In this document: one piece after another, positions 44,301-56,300 of the stretch | Layout: each line of letters opens with the position of its first letter | Numbering within the stretch: position 1 is the first letter of the stretch | NCBI GenBank assembly: GCA_903813345.2 | Contig: CAIIXF020000001.1 | Span: 42,718,001 to 42,782,000, forward strand | Source: Owenia fusiformis | Lineage: Eukaryota | Reading direction: 5' to 3' | DNA: 64,000 bases | The notes under the pieces: model-generated | What the model was told of the DNA's origin: nothing | Databases searched by the model: none | What the model saw: only the letters and a program-made list of their open reading frames with translations | Made by a program: the position numbers and the translations under genes

Positions 44301-47300
44301 AAATAACTGGCGATACATCGAGGCTTTTGGTTGAAATCTCTGAAGATTTGCATCTTCTCACATCTGGGGACCAAAACGCCGCTAAAACAGGCGACTCTGT
44401 ACACAAAAGCAATGTCTCGAGTGAAAGGTATTTCTGTGAAGGTTTTAATGGAACAAGTTTGAAGAAAAACAGTGTACTGTGAGACTCACAATCAATGATT
44501 TTCCAAAGAAAGGGTAGGTTTAAAATTCAAATTAACGGTTTTGCGGGGGGTTTTGGTTTTGATACGCCCCGGTGAGTTAGTACCGCGTGATTACAGAAGG
44601 TAATACAAGGGCCGATCAAAAAGTTTCTTACCGTTGGCTCCCAATTTTATAATAAGAGGAGTTGGAAGCTCAAACTTTAACATGAGACAGGATAGTTAGT
44701 TTGCTCGAAACTGTACGAGATTTATATAAATTGGTTCATTGGTAGTGACACAGCGTCAATTCATATTTTCAATGACAAAGTAAGGTGGAGTAGTGTTATA
44801 ACAATAAAATATCTGCCGAGTTGTGGTTCTGGAAATTTACCGACATCGTCTCAAACCTCTCATACATGTGTTTTTGGATCGAGTGGGCAGATATAGAAAG
44901 TGCATTGCAACTGGGGTTGAATATTTTGAATGAGAATGAATATTAGCAGAAAAACTAATTAAACATGATTAAACTACAGTCTGTTGACAGATGACACTAC
45001 TTGGTGTTAGAAAATTCCAAAACTGCAGCTGAGCACAATTTTTTTATAAAAAACGCTGCTCCACCTAATTCAATCATTGAAAATATGTATGGACTCTGTG
45101 TCACTACCAATGAACCAATTTAAATGAAACTCAGACAGTCTCAAGCAAACTTACTACCATGACTTATGTAAAAGTTTGAGCATCCAACTCCTCTTATTAT
45201 AAAATTGAGAGCCAACGGTAAGAAACTTTTTGATCGGCCCTTGTACCTGATTTCAAAAACATACAACAAAATCCAGTACCTAATTTCAAATTAGGTATTG
45301 GATTTTGTAACTGATTTTGAAAATTGGGTATTGCCTTTTGTCATTGTTATTGAAATGAGTGTTGCCTTTTGTAGTATGTTTTTGAACTTAGGTATTGCCT
45401 TTTTGTACATTCATGAAATTGGGTATTGCCTTTGGAATATCCCACCTTAGTGAACTGTTCGTTCTCACTCTGAAACACATTCAGCATCAGATGCAGCTTC
45501 ATATTGTTGTCTAGCCTGGAATATAGAGGCAATAAAATAAAACTCAATCAGAGAAAAGATGTCATCACTGAATGTGCAGAGAAAAGCTCAATTCTATCAA
45601 TTCAATTCCATTCAAAGTATTTATCGTAAGAACAGTAGACATGAACAATCTCATATTACCTGGCAATTAGAGAGATGAAAATTTAATCACTAAAAATTAA
45701 TTCAATTATTGGTATTTCAAATTGTGTCTATTGGGTTTCCTGGTTAAGTGTCATATTTTTTTAATTGAAATTTGATGATCGATGTATGTTTGATGTATGG
45801 TTGTAGAGTTCTTTCTTAGAAGATGGAAATCTGCATATTTCATTGTTATACAGGAGCTTACTTTCCCAGTCATTTTAATAAAAACAGTTGTGTCCTAGAT
45901 GGTAACATGCACATCTGATGGAGATTAAACATGAACATATTCCTATATCTGTGATTGAAGGATATGAAACTTTATTATATATGTATAAAGAATGTTGAAC
46001 ACTGAAATATTATACAGATTTCAATCACAAATATAAACCATTTTTTCCGATTCACTTACTCAATGACAGCTGGATGTGGCTTTTTAATATCTTCCCCTTT
46101 GTGTTCCTCAATTCTCTCATTGTCATGTTGATCACTCTCCACTAAAGAACTTTGTGCCTGTTGGCTGCCTTCAGATTCCAGATCAGACTCAGTTTGATCA
46201 CTTGCTTTGCTCACATAACCACTCTCATTGTAGATATCCTTTTCTATTGAGTCTGTGTCTGCATCATTTGGTTTAGTATCGATTTCCTCAAATTCCTCAT
46301 TTAAGTTGTGTTTTGCATGCGGATTGTATTGAGATCTGTTTATAGGTTTAGGTTTTTCAGGAGTGTCTTTGGGATTGGAGTAGATACTTGTAAAGTCAGC
46401 TGATGTCTCCAGCTTATCGGCACTAGCATTATCATCATGTTCTTTTGAATTGTCTTTGATATAAGCACCTTGAGTATTTTCGATCACATGATTAAGCATT
46501 TCATTTATTTTAGTAGGACTTTGATCTTCTAGAATGTTCTGTATCACATCTATGTTTTGTACTGCATTGTCAGTCTCATCATGTGACTCTTCGATTGCAC
46601 TTTGCTCCATTTCAGGATTTCTATTATGTTCATACTGCATTGATTGGGTTTTGTCTTTAATCTCTTTCGGTATTGCATCTTTGGTTGCATCAGTTACTTC
46701 ATTATCCTTCTCATTGGAAGTAACATTTATATCATGTAAGACACTGTCTTCAACTTTTGTGACTAGTCGTTCAAGTGCATCATTTTCAATGCCAGCTGGA
46801 CCTCTGGCTTGATCTCCTTCTTGATCTTGATCCCCCATTGGATCACCAGATGGATCACCAGCAGATTGAACATCTTCAACATTTGAATGAGCTTTGAAAG
46901 TGATCCCAGGATCATCTTCATTAGGATTATCACCTGTTTCAAACTCCTGATTATGAGAATCCTCATGAATACTAGGAATGCCTTCATTAAAACTACCCCT
47001 TGAACGATTTGAATGAACAGAGACACTATCAGAACAAGATCGACTACTCCGACTGCGGCTTTTCTTCAATTTTGATCCTCTACGTTTGACTCGTATGACC
47101 TCAAGGACATTGTCACCTTCTCCTGGGATATCATCAGACATGATGCTGGAGACACGGTGAATACGGCTCTCAGTGAGACCAGGGGAACTTGCTGAATATA
47201 CAAAGGCTGAATCTGATGCTCTACTACTTGACACAGAGGTAGCACTGGATGACCTTGACCTTTCTGGCCCAATAGCCATTTCCTAGAATGAAAATATAAA

Positions 47301-50300
47301 AGTGTTCCAAGACTGTTCTAAAACACAAGAACTATTTTCAACCCAAGACCTGTACCTAATGACTAAGCATACACTGTATAGCAATTCACACTGGCTGATA
47401 GCAATAGGTATGCAATATTGATGGTAAGGATAAGGTCATGGGTTCAATCTCCTTTGTGGTGGACTAACTTTCAAATAGACCTTTGAACAGGATTTCATGT
47501 TTTTAGGAACTAATCTAAGATAACATATCATCAACTTTATAAATAATGTTATCTAATGTTGTAACTTTCCTTAAATATAAACCAGAGATAAAATTCTTTT
47601 CTGCTTTTCAGTATGTAGTAAAATGATGAATGTGAATAAAGAACAAATTGCTTGAGACATCTTGTGCAAACACATCAAAGTTCATCTAACCGTAATGTTC
47701 TACACTTGTAAGACCTGAAAGCTTGGAGAAAATACGACTCCATTAACTCCATGAAACAACTACAGTATATAGTCGTTACACTGATTCAATGTTATAGCTA
47801 CCTGTGCCAGGTGGGAACTTGTGGTAGAGGAACTATCATCACTCTCTGGTTTCACATCATCTTCCTTAGTTGGTGTAGGTCTGTAGCTTGATAGATCAAG
47901 ATAGGGCTGGTTCTGCAATACAATGCAGTTACATGTGCATTTAAAAATGGTATCGTTTGGTAGACTCACATGGAGATTCCTTATGCTCATTTTAAAAAGG
48001 TCAACAAAAGAAGGTCAAATCCCAAAAGTAGGTCACATTAGAAATATATATCTTGAACTCATACAAGAGGATAATTGAATATGATCAAAATAATATGCCC
48101 ATCATTAAGTTATCCACTGGTGTAAATTACCAGTATGGACCCCCATAAAGTGGATATGAGCAATAGTTCTGAAAATACCGTTTTCATTTGTCTGAAGATT
48201 GACGAAGGATGGCCAAATAGACTTTAAAGCCAGAAGAACATTTTTTGAACCAAGTTTTATCAGCTTTGAAGTACAGTGTGCCTTTAATATGGGTGTATAA
48301 TTTATTAATTGTGATGTTAATGAAATTGTAATAGAGGAACGGTAAAGTAATGAAATGTTTCATTTATAATGGAAATGCCAACATGTTTACCATGTCTAGC
48401 TGAAATACTGCATGCTCCAATCCTGACAGGAGGGTGACCAGGACCTCCAACCTCTGAAACATTGAAAAATATATATACACTATACAGTATATATGCTCTA
48501 CAGTACATGTACAGCACATTTCTCATCTGAAACATGCCTAAAACTAATTTGGGGAAGATTCAATGTATATACTTCTATACCGCCCAATATAAATGGTAGT
48601 CTACCAAGCCAACTAGGCTTCCCTTCTCTGGCTGAATAGTCTGATTATGTTTCAACATGAATGATGAATACCTCAATCAATTCTCTTTCATGAAGATTGG
48701 TGAAGAAACCTTTGATTTAAAGATTAATGACATACTTTTAGTTTTAATGACTTTAACACACGAATGGTACATATTAACAATGAGTATTAAGTAGCCAAAT
48801 ATGTTCTCATATACACTGGGAACCAATCCAATTATAGATAATAATTTTCATATCAGTGAAAAAAAGATGTCAAAAAACATATTCATTTCTTTCTTTCAAT
48901 AGACATCCATCTCATCATTTTCATTAATGCAAAAAGAACTGATTTGTATATTGAACAAAACTGGATGATTTATGATGAGCATGCACAAACTAATGATACC
49001 TCTTGGTCAAGCATGAGTGCTTCTTTCAAGTACACTTTCTTCATGAATTTGGTTGAATTCCCAACAAGCCTCAGGTAGCTCTCTAGCAGGCAGTCATTCA
49101 ATGCATGGTACATCCAAGCTCGACCTGAAATTTTGGAGTAAAATATTGGTTGCAAAAGTGGTCTGTTAATGCTTTAGTAGAATAATGAAATTCTGGCATA
49201 GAATGAATGAGTTAAAGACTTTTATGTTTTATTTACGTGTAACACTAGAATTAGTGAAAAAGTATTTTTGATTGGTGCAAGACATGTTGCATTCTAATAA
49301 TTTTCAGAAACTTATTTGTGAAAATTCTATTTTGCAAGATTTCATTTGTCCACAGTTCATATTTTGCTAACTTTGAACAGAATTTAATCTTATTAGACTG
49401 CACATGTAATTCATTTGAAGTGCTTTTAGATATACATATACATGCCATTCTCTCCCATACATACCTCTGCCAAGGTTTGTAGTGACTTGCTTCAAGGCTT
49501 TGATTTCTTTTATAATATCTTTGTGAGTAAATTCAACACTCAGCTTCCAATAGCCATTTGTAATATTCTTCAATCTAAAATAGAAATGATTGTCATGTAA
49601 TTGTCTGATTGTATTGTTGGGCTGGCAAGCCATACTTATTTTGTATTACGTCATGATCGGGGCTTACGCCATATTGAAATAAACTGGACAAAGTCAGCCA
49701 ATATATCTCTTAGTGTTATTCTAAATATAACGTAACAGAACATGGTGTCAAACGTTGGATGCGAGCCTACGGGGATATAAAACCACAGAGAAAAAGTAGG
49801 ACATGTAAAACTTGTCTGAAAGTGACCAGATTAGAGGTATTTTTGGTGTTTAACTTTGATTGCCGGTGAAATTTTGTGCAAATTTCGAGCATGACATTTT
49901 GCGCACGACACGGATTACATCATTGCTTTGCTGATATGTGCACACGACACGGATTACGCCATTGCTTCGCGGAGATATGCAAATGACATGGATTGCGTCA
50001 TTGCTGCTGTACTACAGTAAGAATTGGAGTCCAACTGATATTTAAACTTGTGAACTGTACTTCTACTCTTGTGTATTAACTATCGTGATTATATTGTCAT
50101 CTTTGGATTATTATAATGGCCAAGATACAGCCTCCAAACCCTTTTAACTTTGATAAACCCAATGAGTGGATTGCTTGGAGAGAACGGTTCCTGAGGTTTA
50201 GGCTAGCTACAAAACTTAACAAAGAGGATGATATTACACAAGTCAGTCAACTTATCTATATTATGGGCCAATCCGCAGAAGACATATACAAACAGTTTAC

Positions 50301-53300
50301 GTTTGAGCCCTTACCAGTTGCTGAAGATGGCCAAATACTTGATCCGCCAGACAACAGGTACAATTTTGATGCCGTTTTGGGCAAATTTGATAACTATTTT
50401 GTGCCAAAGATAAACATTATTCATGAACGAAGGGTCTTCAACCTTAGACAACTGGGAGAGTCAGAAACAATGGAGGAATATATCCGAGATTTGTATAAAC
50501 TGAGTCAACATTGTTCATTCGTTGACAGAAACGAGATGATTCGCGATAAGATCATCGTTTCCATCAAAGGCAGAGACTTGTCAGAGCGAGTCCAGACACT
50601 TGCCATGACGTGTGATCTCACTCTAGAGAAAACTATTGAACTAGTTCGTAGTCATGAACTTATAATATCACAGTCTCAAGCTGAAGGGAGACCTACTGAT
50701 ACAAGTAACGTTGATTTTGTTCGTAAGCGACCCCCGCAACAGAGAGCTACACGACAAAACTACAGAAAACAAGACCAGGCACAACACAAAGCAGACAAAC
50801 ACAAGTGTGACAGATGTGGCTACATTCACAGAAATGATAAATGCCCTGCTAAAGGAAAAACCTGTCATAATTGCAAGAAATTAAATCATTTCTCAAGTGT
50901 GTGTAAATCAAATAAGAAATCTGTTGATAAAAGAGTTGTACATGAATGTTATGATGAATGTGCTGATGCCGATCTTGACACTACTGAGTTTCATGTAGGT
51001 GAGCTTGTGCATTTGGTTGATTCTGCCAAGTCACTGATTGTAGATAGGCACACAGAGCCACCATGGCGTGTGACCTTACCCATTTGTGGTAAATTGATGA
51101 GTTTCAAGATCGACACAGGCGCTGATGTAAATGTTATGAGTAACAAAGCATATGAATGCCTTACACCAAAACCTAGGTTACAAAGGCATGATGGTCCTCC
51201 ACTGAAGTCAGTAGGTGGGGTAATAGATACAAGAGGTTATTTTATAACAAATAGCAATCTTGATGGTACCAAATTCTCAATGAGAATATTTGTATTAAAT
51301 GGGCCAAAGTGTGATAACTTATTATGTCGCAGATCTGCTAAAATGTTGAATCTAGTTACTAAAAATGTACATGTTGTAACTCAGACCTCTCAGAGCGAGG
51401 CAGGTAAAATTGGTTCTGATCCTGGTAACCATAGAAATAAAATTCCAATTCCCCCTAGTAACAATACTTCTGAAATGCCAGGTCATGTAAAAGACCCCAT
51501 AAATGATAATGAATTGTATGGGGAAGTGGGTACAATGAAATGTGAGCCTGTCAAAATTGAGTTGAAGCAAGATGCTGAACCATATGCTGTCGTGGTACCT
51601 AGGCGCGTTCCATTTCCTATAATGAAACCATTACAAGAAAAACTCGAATCAATGGAATCAAATGGTATTATTGCCAAGATAACTGAGCCTACTGAGTGGT
51701 GTTCACCCATGGTCCCGGTAGTCTCAAAGTCAGGAAAAATTCGCGTGACGGTTGACTTTAGAAAACTTAATAAATCAGTTAAGCGCGAGAGATTTGTCCT
51801 ACCAACCATTGACTGTATATTACAGAAACTTTCGGGAAGTTCTGTCTTTTCAACCCTCGACGCCACAGGAGGTTTTCATCAAGTGCCACTTAGCGAGGTA
51901 AGTCAGCGTTTAACAACGTTTATAACACCCTTCGGTCGTTATGTATACAAGAAGATGCCACAAGGCATATCGCTTGCTCCAGAAATCTTTCAAAGAGAAA
52001 TGTCGCGCATTTTGCAAAATTGCCCTGGAGTAGCAGTATTCATGGATGATATTATCGTTCATGGTAAGAATGTTGAAGATCATGATAAAAATCTCAAACA
52101 AGTCTTACAGAAAATCAAACAGTCCGGTCTAGTTCTCAACAAGGCGAAGTGTCATTACCGGAAGCCCGAGCTCGTATTTTTAGGGCATAAAATTAGCGCT
52201 AATGGAGTCTCGCCAGACCCAGCCAAAGTCGCCGCGATAGTGGAAATGGAAATTCCTGAAAATGTTGAAGAATTACGACGATTCTTAGGCATGATAAATT
52301 GGATAGGTAGGTTTATACCAAACTTATCTACAATGCTTCACCCATTGAATGAACTTTTGAGAAAAGACACAATTTGGACATGGGGAAAAGCACAAATGGA
52401 TGCCTTTGAAACAGTGAAACAGAAGGTAAGTAGTAAGCCTGTTCTAAAATACTACGACATCAATAAGCCATCGCGTGTTAGTGCTGACAGTAGCTGTTAC
52501 GGGTTAGGCGGTGTCTTAGAGCAACAGCATGGAACAGATTGGTTTCCTGTTCATTACTGTTCTCGTTCATTAACTGATGCCGAACGCCGCTATGCTCAAA
52601 TTGAAAAGGAACTTTTGGCAGGGGTGTGGTCAATGGAAAAATTCAGTCAGTATTTGGTCGGACTAGAATCATTTGTATATGTGACTGATCACAAACCTCT
52701 GGTGCCAATTATAAATCAAAAGGATCTTGATCAAACACCGGTGCGATGCCAGAGAATGCTAATTCGTCTCATGAGGTTTAATTGTATCGCTGAATACAGA
52801 CCCGGAAAGACATTAGTCATAGCAGACACATTGTCTAGAAAACCGCTTAGTAGCATGGAATCAAACACTGTAGAAAGTGTGACGGAATATGAGAGTTTCA
52901 TATATGATAACCTACCAGTCGCGAAGTCGCGTCTTGAGAATATTCGTGACTTGTCACAGATTGATCCCGAAATCTCAACAGTCATGAATTATGTTCTTCA
53001 TGGTTGGCCGGAATATTACAAAGACGTGAAAGAAGTTGCCAAGCGATACTATGATTGTAGAGAATCCTTGAGTGTTGTCAATGACATACTTATGTATGGT
53101 AACCGTATCACTATACCGGCTGCATGTCGCAATAATATTCTTGATCAAATTCACGAGGGTCACTTCGGAATTCACAAATGCCGTGAACGCGCCAATGCGA
53201 CAGTACGGTGGCCAGGGCTTACATCACAAATCAAAGAATTGGAGGCCAAATGTAAGCACTGCCAAATTTTGAAACCTAAACAGAGAAGTGAACCATTAAT

Positions 53301-56300
53301 TCCAACAAAATTACCAGATCGCCCCTGGCAGCAATTAGCAACTGATTTATGTGAATGCTTCAAGAAGCAATATTTAGTCACAGTTGATTACTATTCCCGG
53401 TATCTAGAAATTGCTCATGTTAGGGGTAGTGTCACAACAACTCAAATCATAAACAAACTCAAAAAGATATTTGCCAGGAATGGTATCCCTGAAGTGTTAG
53501 TATCAGATAATGGACCACAGTTTAGCTCAAAACAATTTGCAGATTTCACAAAAGAGTTTGATTTTAAACATGTAACATCAAGTCCCAGATACAGTCAAAG
53601 TAACGGTCTCGCAGAAAGAGCCGTCCAAACTGCCAAACGTATTCTCAAATCAGAAGACCCCTTAAGCTCCCTTATGAATTATCGGGCCACTCCAGTCAGT
53701 TCTACAGGTAAAACGCCAAGTCAATTACTCTATGGTAGACAAATCAGAACTAAACTGCCAGTTTCGCCTGAGAATCTAAACCCAAATTGGCCTGATAAAC
53801 AGGAAGTTCAAAACAATGATGCTAAAGCAAAATCACTGTATGCCAAACATTTTAACAGATCTCATGGTGCAAGAAAACTTGAGAAACTGTCCCCTGGACA
53901 GTCTGTGAGAGTGAAGCTTGATCAGGAAAAGGCATGGAGTAAACCATATAAGGTTCTCAATCAAGCTCACACTCCTAGGTCATACATTATCAAAAGTGAC
54001 AGTGGAACTTTGTTCAGGAGAAATCGTAGACATTTGATGCCAACAGGCCATGATCCTACTCCTACTCCTGAACGGGGTTCTAACATGCTTAAACCAATGG
54101 TGTTTTTGTCAAGCAAACATCCCAAGGAGGGAGGGATGGATAGTGGTGGTCAAAATACTAATAATGTTCCACTTACTAGTAATACTACACCAGTCTCTCA
54201 TAGCTCTATTATCACTGAACCAAGTTCTAGTTCTCCATTAAGGAAATCAAAGAGGATTGTAAATCAGCCAAAATGGCTCAAAGACTATGTAACTTGAAAT
54301 AATACTTTTCATGCATATAAACTGTCAAGTCTCATAAGACAGTAGTGTACATTCAGACATTAAATGATTAAAGCTCATAATAATGTACACATAGTTAACA
54401 GTTTGTTTAGATAATGATTTTTATAAAATGTTCAAACAACACAGATTGGTGTGGATTACGTTTTATAATGCATGTTTTATTTTAAACATTTGTATTGATT
54501 ATATGTTAGACAATCTTTTGTTAGAGATGTGTATAAGAAAAACAAAATCAGCATACAGTATTTTCTACTACCGTATTCAACATGATAAGTGCACAGGATG
54601 AATACAGGTTTAAGACATGGACTCATAAGCAGTGAATATTGACTTTATACCCTGCTATATATATCTACAGATGAAGACTCTCAAAATTGTAGACACTTTT
54701 GAACATTTAAACATAGGCCTATAGACTGATAAAATTACTGTATCATTCAAAAAGAAAAAAAAGGAGATGTCATGTAATTGTCTGATTGTATTGTTGGGCT
54801 GGCAAGCCATACTTATTTTGTATTACGTCATGATCGGGGCTTACGCCATATTGAAATAAACTGGACAAAGTCAGCCAATATATCTCTTAGTGTTATTCTA
54901 AATATAACGTAACAGAACAATGATTATATCTCTTAAATTCACAAGAGGAAATAATAAATACAATTAATCTATTCACATCAAATACTGGTCTTTAGAACTG
55001 ACATGTTCTATTGTTACACTAATACATATTGACAGGTTTTTTCAAACTACTAGTTCTCAACTGGGTGTAAAATTTGTATCTTTCTGTCACAATTCTGTTT
55101 TAAACCTATGCGGTTCTTCTTTTTTCTTTGTGAAATAACATATATTTCTATTTTTCAAAACAGAACAAATGAAGCATCACTGATACTAAATCAATTACAA
55201 ATATTGTCATGAGTCAGACATTATGCAAGCAAGAAACGGCCTCGCTAAAAAAATGTCATAGAATATTTTTCAGGCATCTTTTCACATAAAACTGTAGAAA
55301 GAAGTCAATAAAGCAAGCCACGACTCAATAATCATTCATAATATGCTGTTGATTATACAAAATGTAAACTCATTTACATGAAATAGATGTTTAAAAGATT
55401 TTGTATAAAAGCTTGGAATTAAATGGCCTGATTTGTAATGATTTTCTAAATTTTTAATCTGGTGGACCAAACACTTTCAACTTCAAACACATCTAATCAA
55501 ATGGACATAGTTTCACTCAGCAATGACCCTAAGATTATCTATTTTGTCTGGATGTATTCAAATTCAATTATCTTGCAAATCCTCAAACTAAATAAACATG
55601 AAGATTGTATTGATATGCTTTATCTCCAAATATACGCTTTACTTATTACAATATAAACTGAACCAGCTCTGTATTACTTCCTTTGGTCGGGACCAGTGAC
55701 TTTGTTTGGTTGTGGATGCATATCATTCTGATAGTCAACCACTGAGATGTTTACTGAAGGCTTAATATTAATGTGGGTGTATCAGGTGTTTGTTTACCTA
55801 GTTCATATTACATAACTCCCACAACATAAAGTATAGCACATACCCATGTAAAAGTGCATGATCTAAGTGTTGACATAGTTTATGCACCTGCCAGTCCTCA
55901 ATACCAAGTGTCACAACATCTTCCCCACTGTTGCACTTAGATTGGATCTGAAAGAAACATTTCAATTACATGTAAATATGGTTTAGTAATCAATGAAAAT
56001 ACAATTGGGTTTCTGGAAATCAAAAGTCAATAAACAAATTGCATACCCCACAGTGCACTTTGAAAAATTGAAATAAAGCACTGGAGAGAACTGATATACT
56101 ATAGCTACCCTGTTCTGAGATCAGGCGTCAGTTTCTCAAAAAATAAGAATATCAAGTCCTGGAATTGTTATATTATATTCGTTCTCAGGCTCATCACATT
56201 CAAAAGGACAAGACAAATGTAATCTATTGTCAGTGGTCCTAGATCTATTTTGCTTTGCAATTTTTAAACCCCTTAAAAGAATGAACATTTTCAACTCAAT

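Larger units (their letters stand above)
49591..54919 (+). mobile_element. Full-length Gypsy/Ty3 (Mag-like) LTR retrotransposon
   Basis: Identical 152-bp TG...CA LTRs (49591-49742, 54768-54919). TSD ATGAT (49586-49590, 54920-54924). PBS TGGTGTCA at 49743, polypurine tract ~54749-54767, one uninterrupted gag-pol ORF. Confidence 0.97.

Noticed and set aside
43972..44482. 146-aa and 95-aa ORFs on opposite strands encoding similar peptides (..EDLQLLTSGDQNA.. / ..EDLHLLTSGDQNA..)
   Set aside because: The similarity simply reflects the palindromic MITE arms; no recognisable domain
47390..47465. B-box-like GGTTCAATCTCC
   Set aside because: No cloverleaf; at most a decayed tRNA-derived SINE head
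47691..47714. 24-nt AG..GT segment in intron 6 as a possible extra exon
   Set aside because: Contains an in-frame stop in phase 0; exons 6 and 7 already join in frame
50228..54241. Short alternative-frame and antisense ORFs inside gag-pol
   Set aside because: Shadow ORFs of a long coding sequence; no env or accessory-gene features
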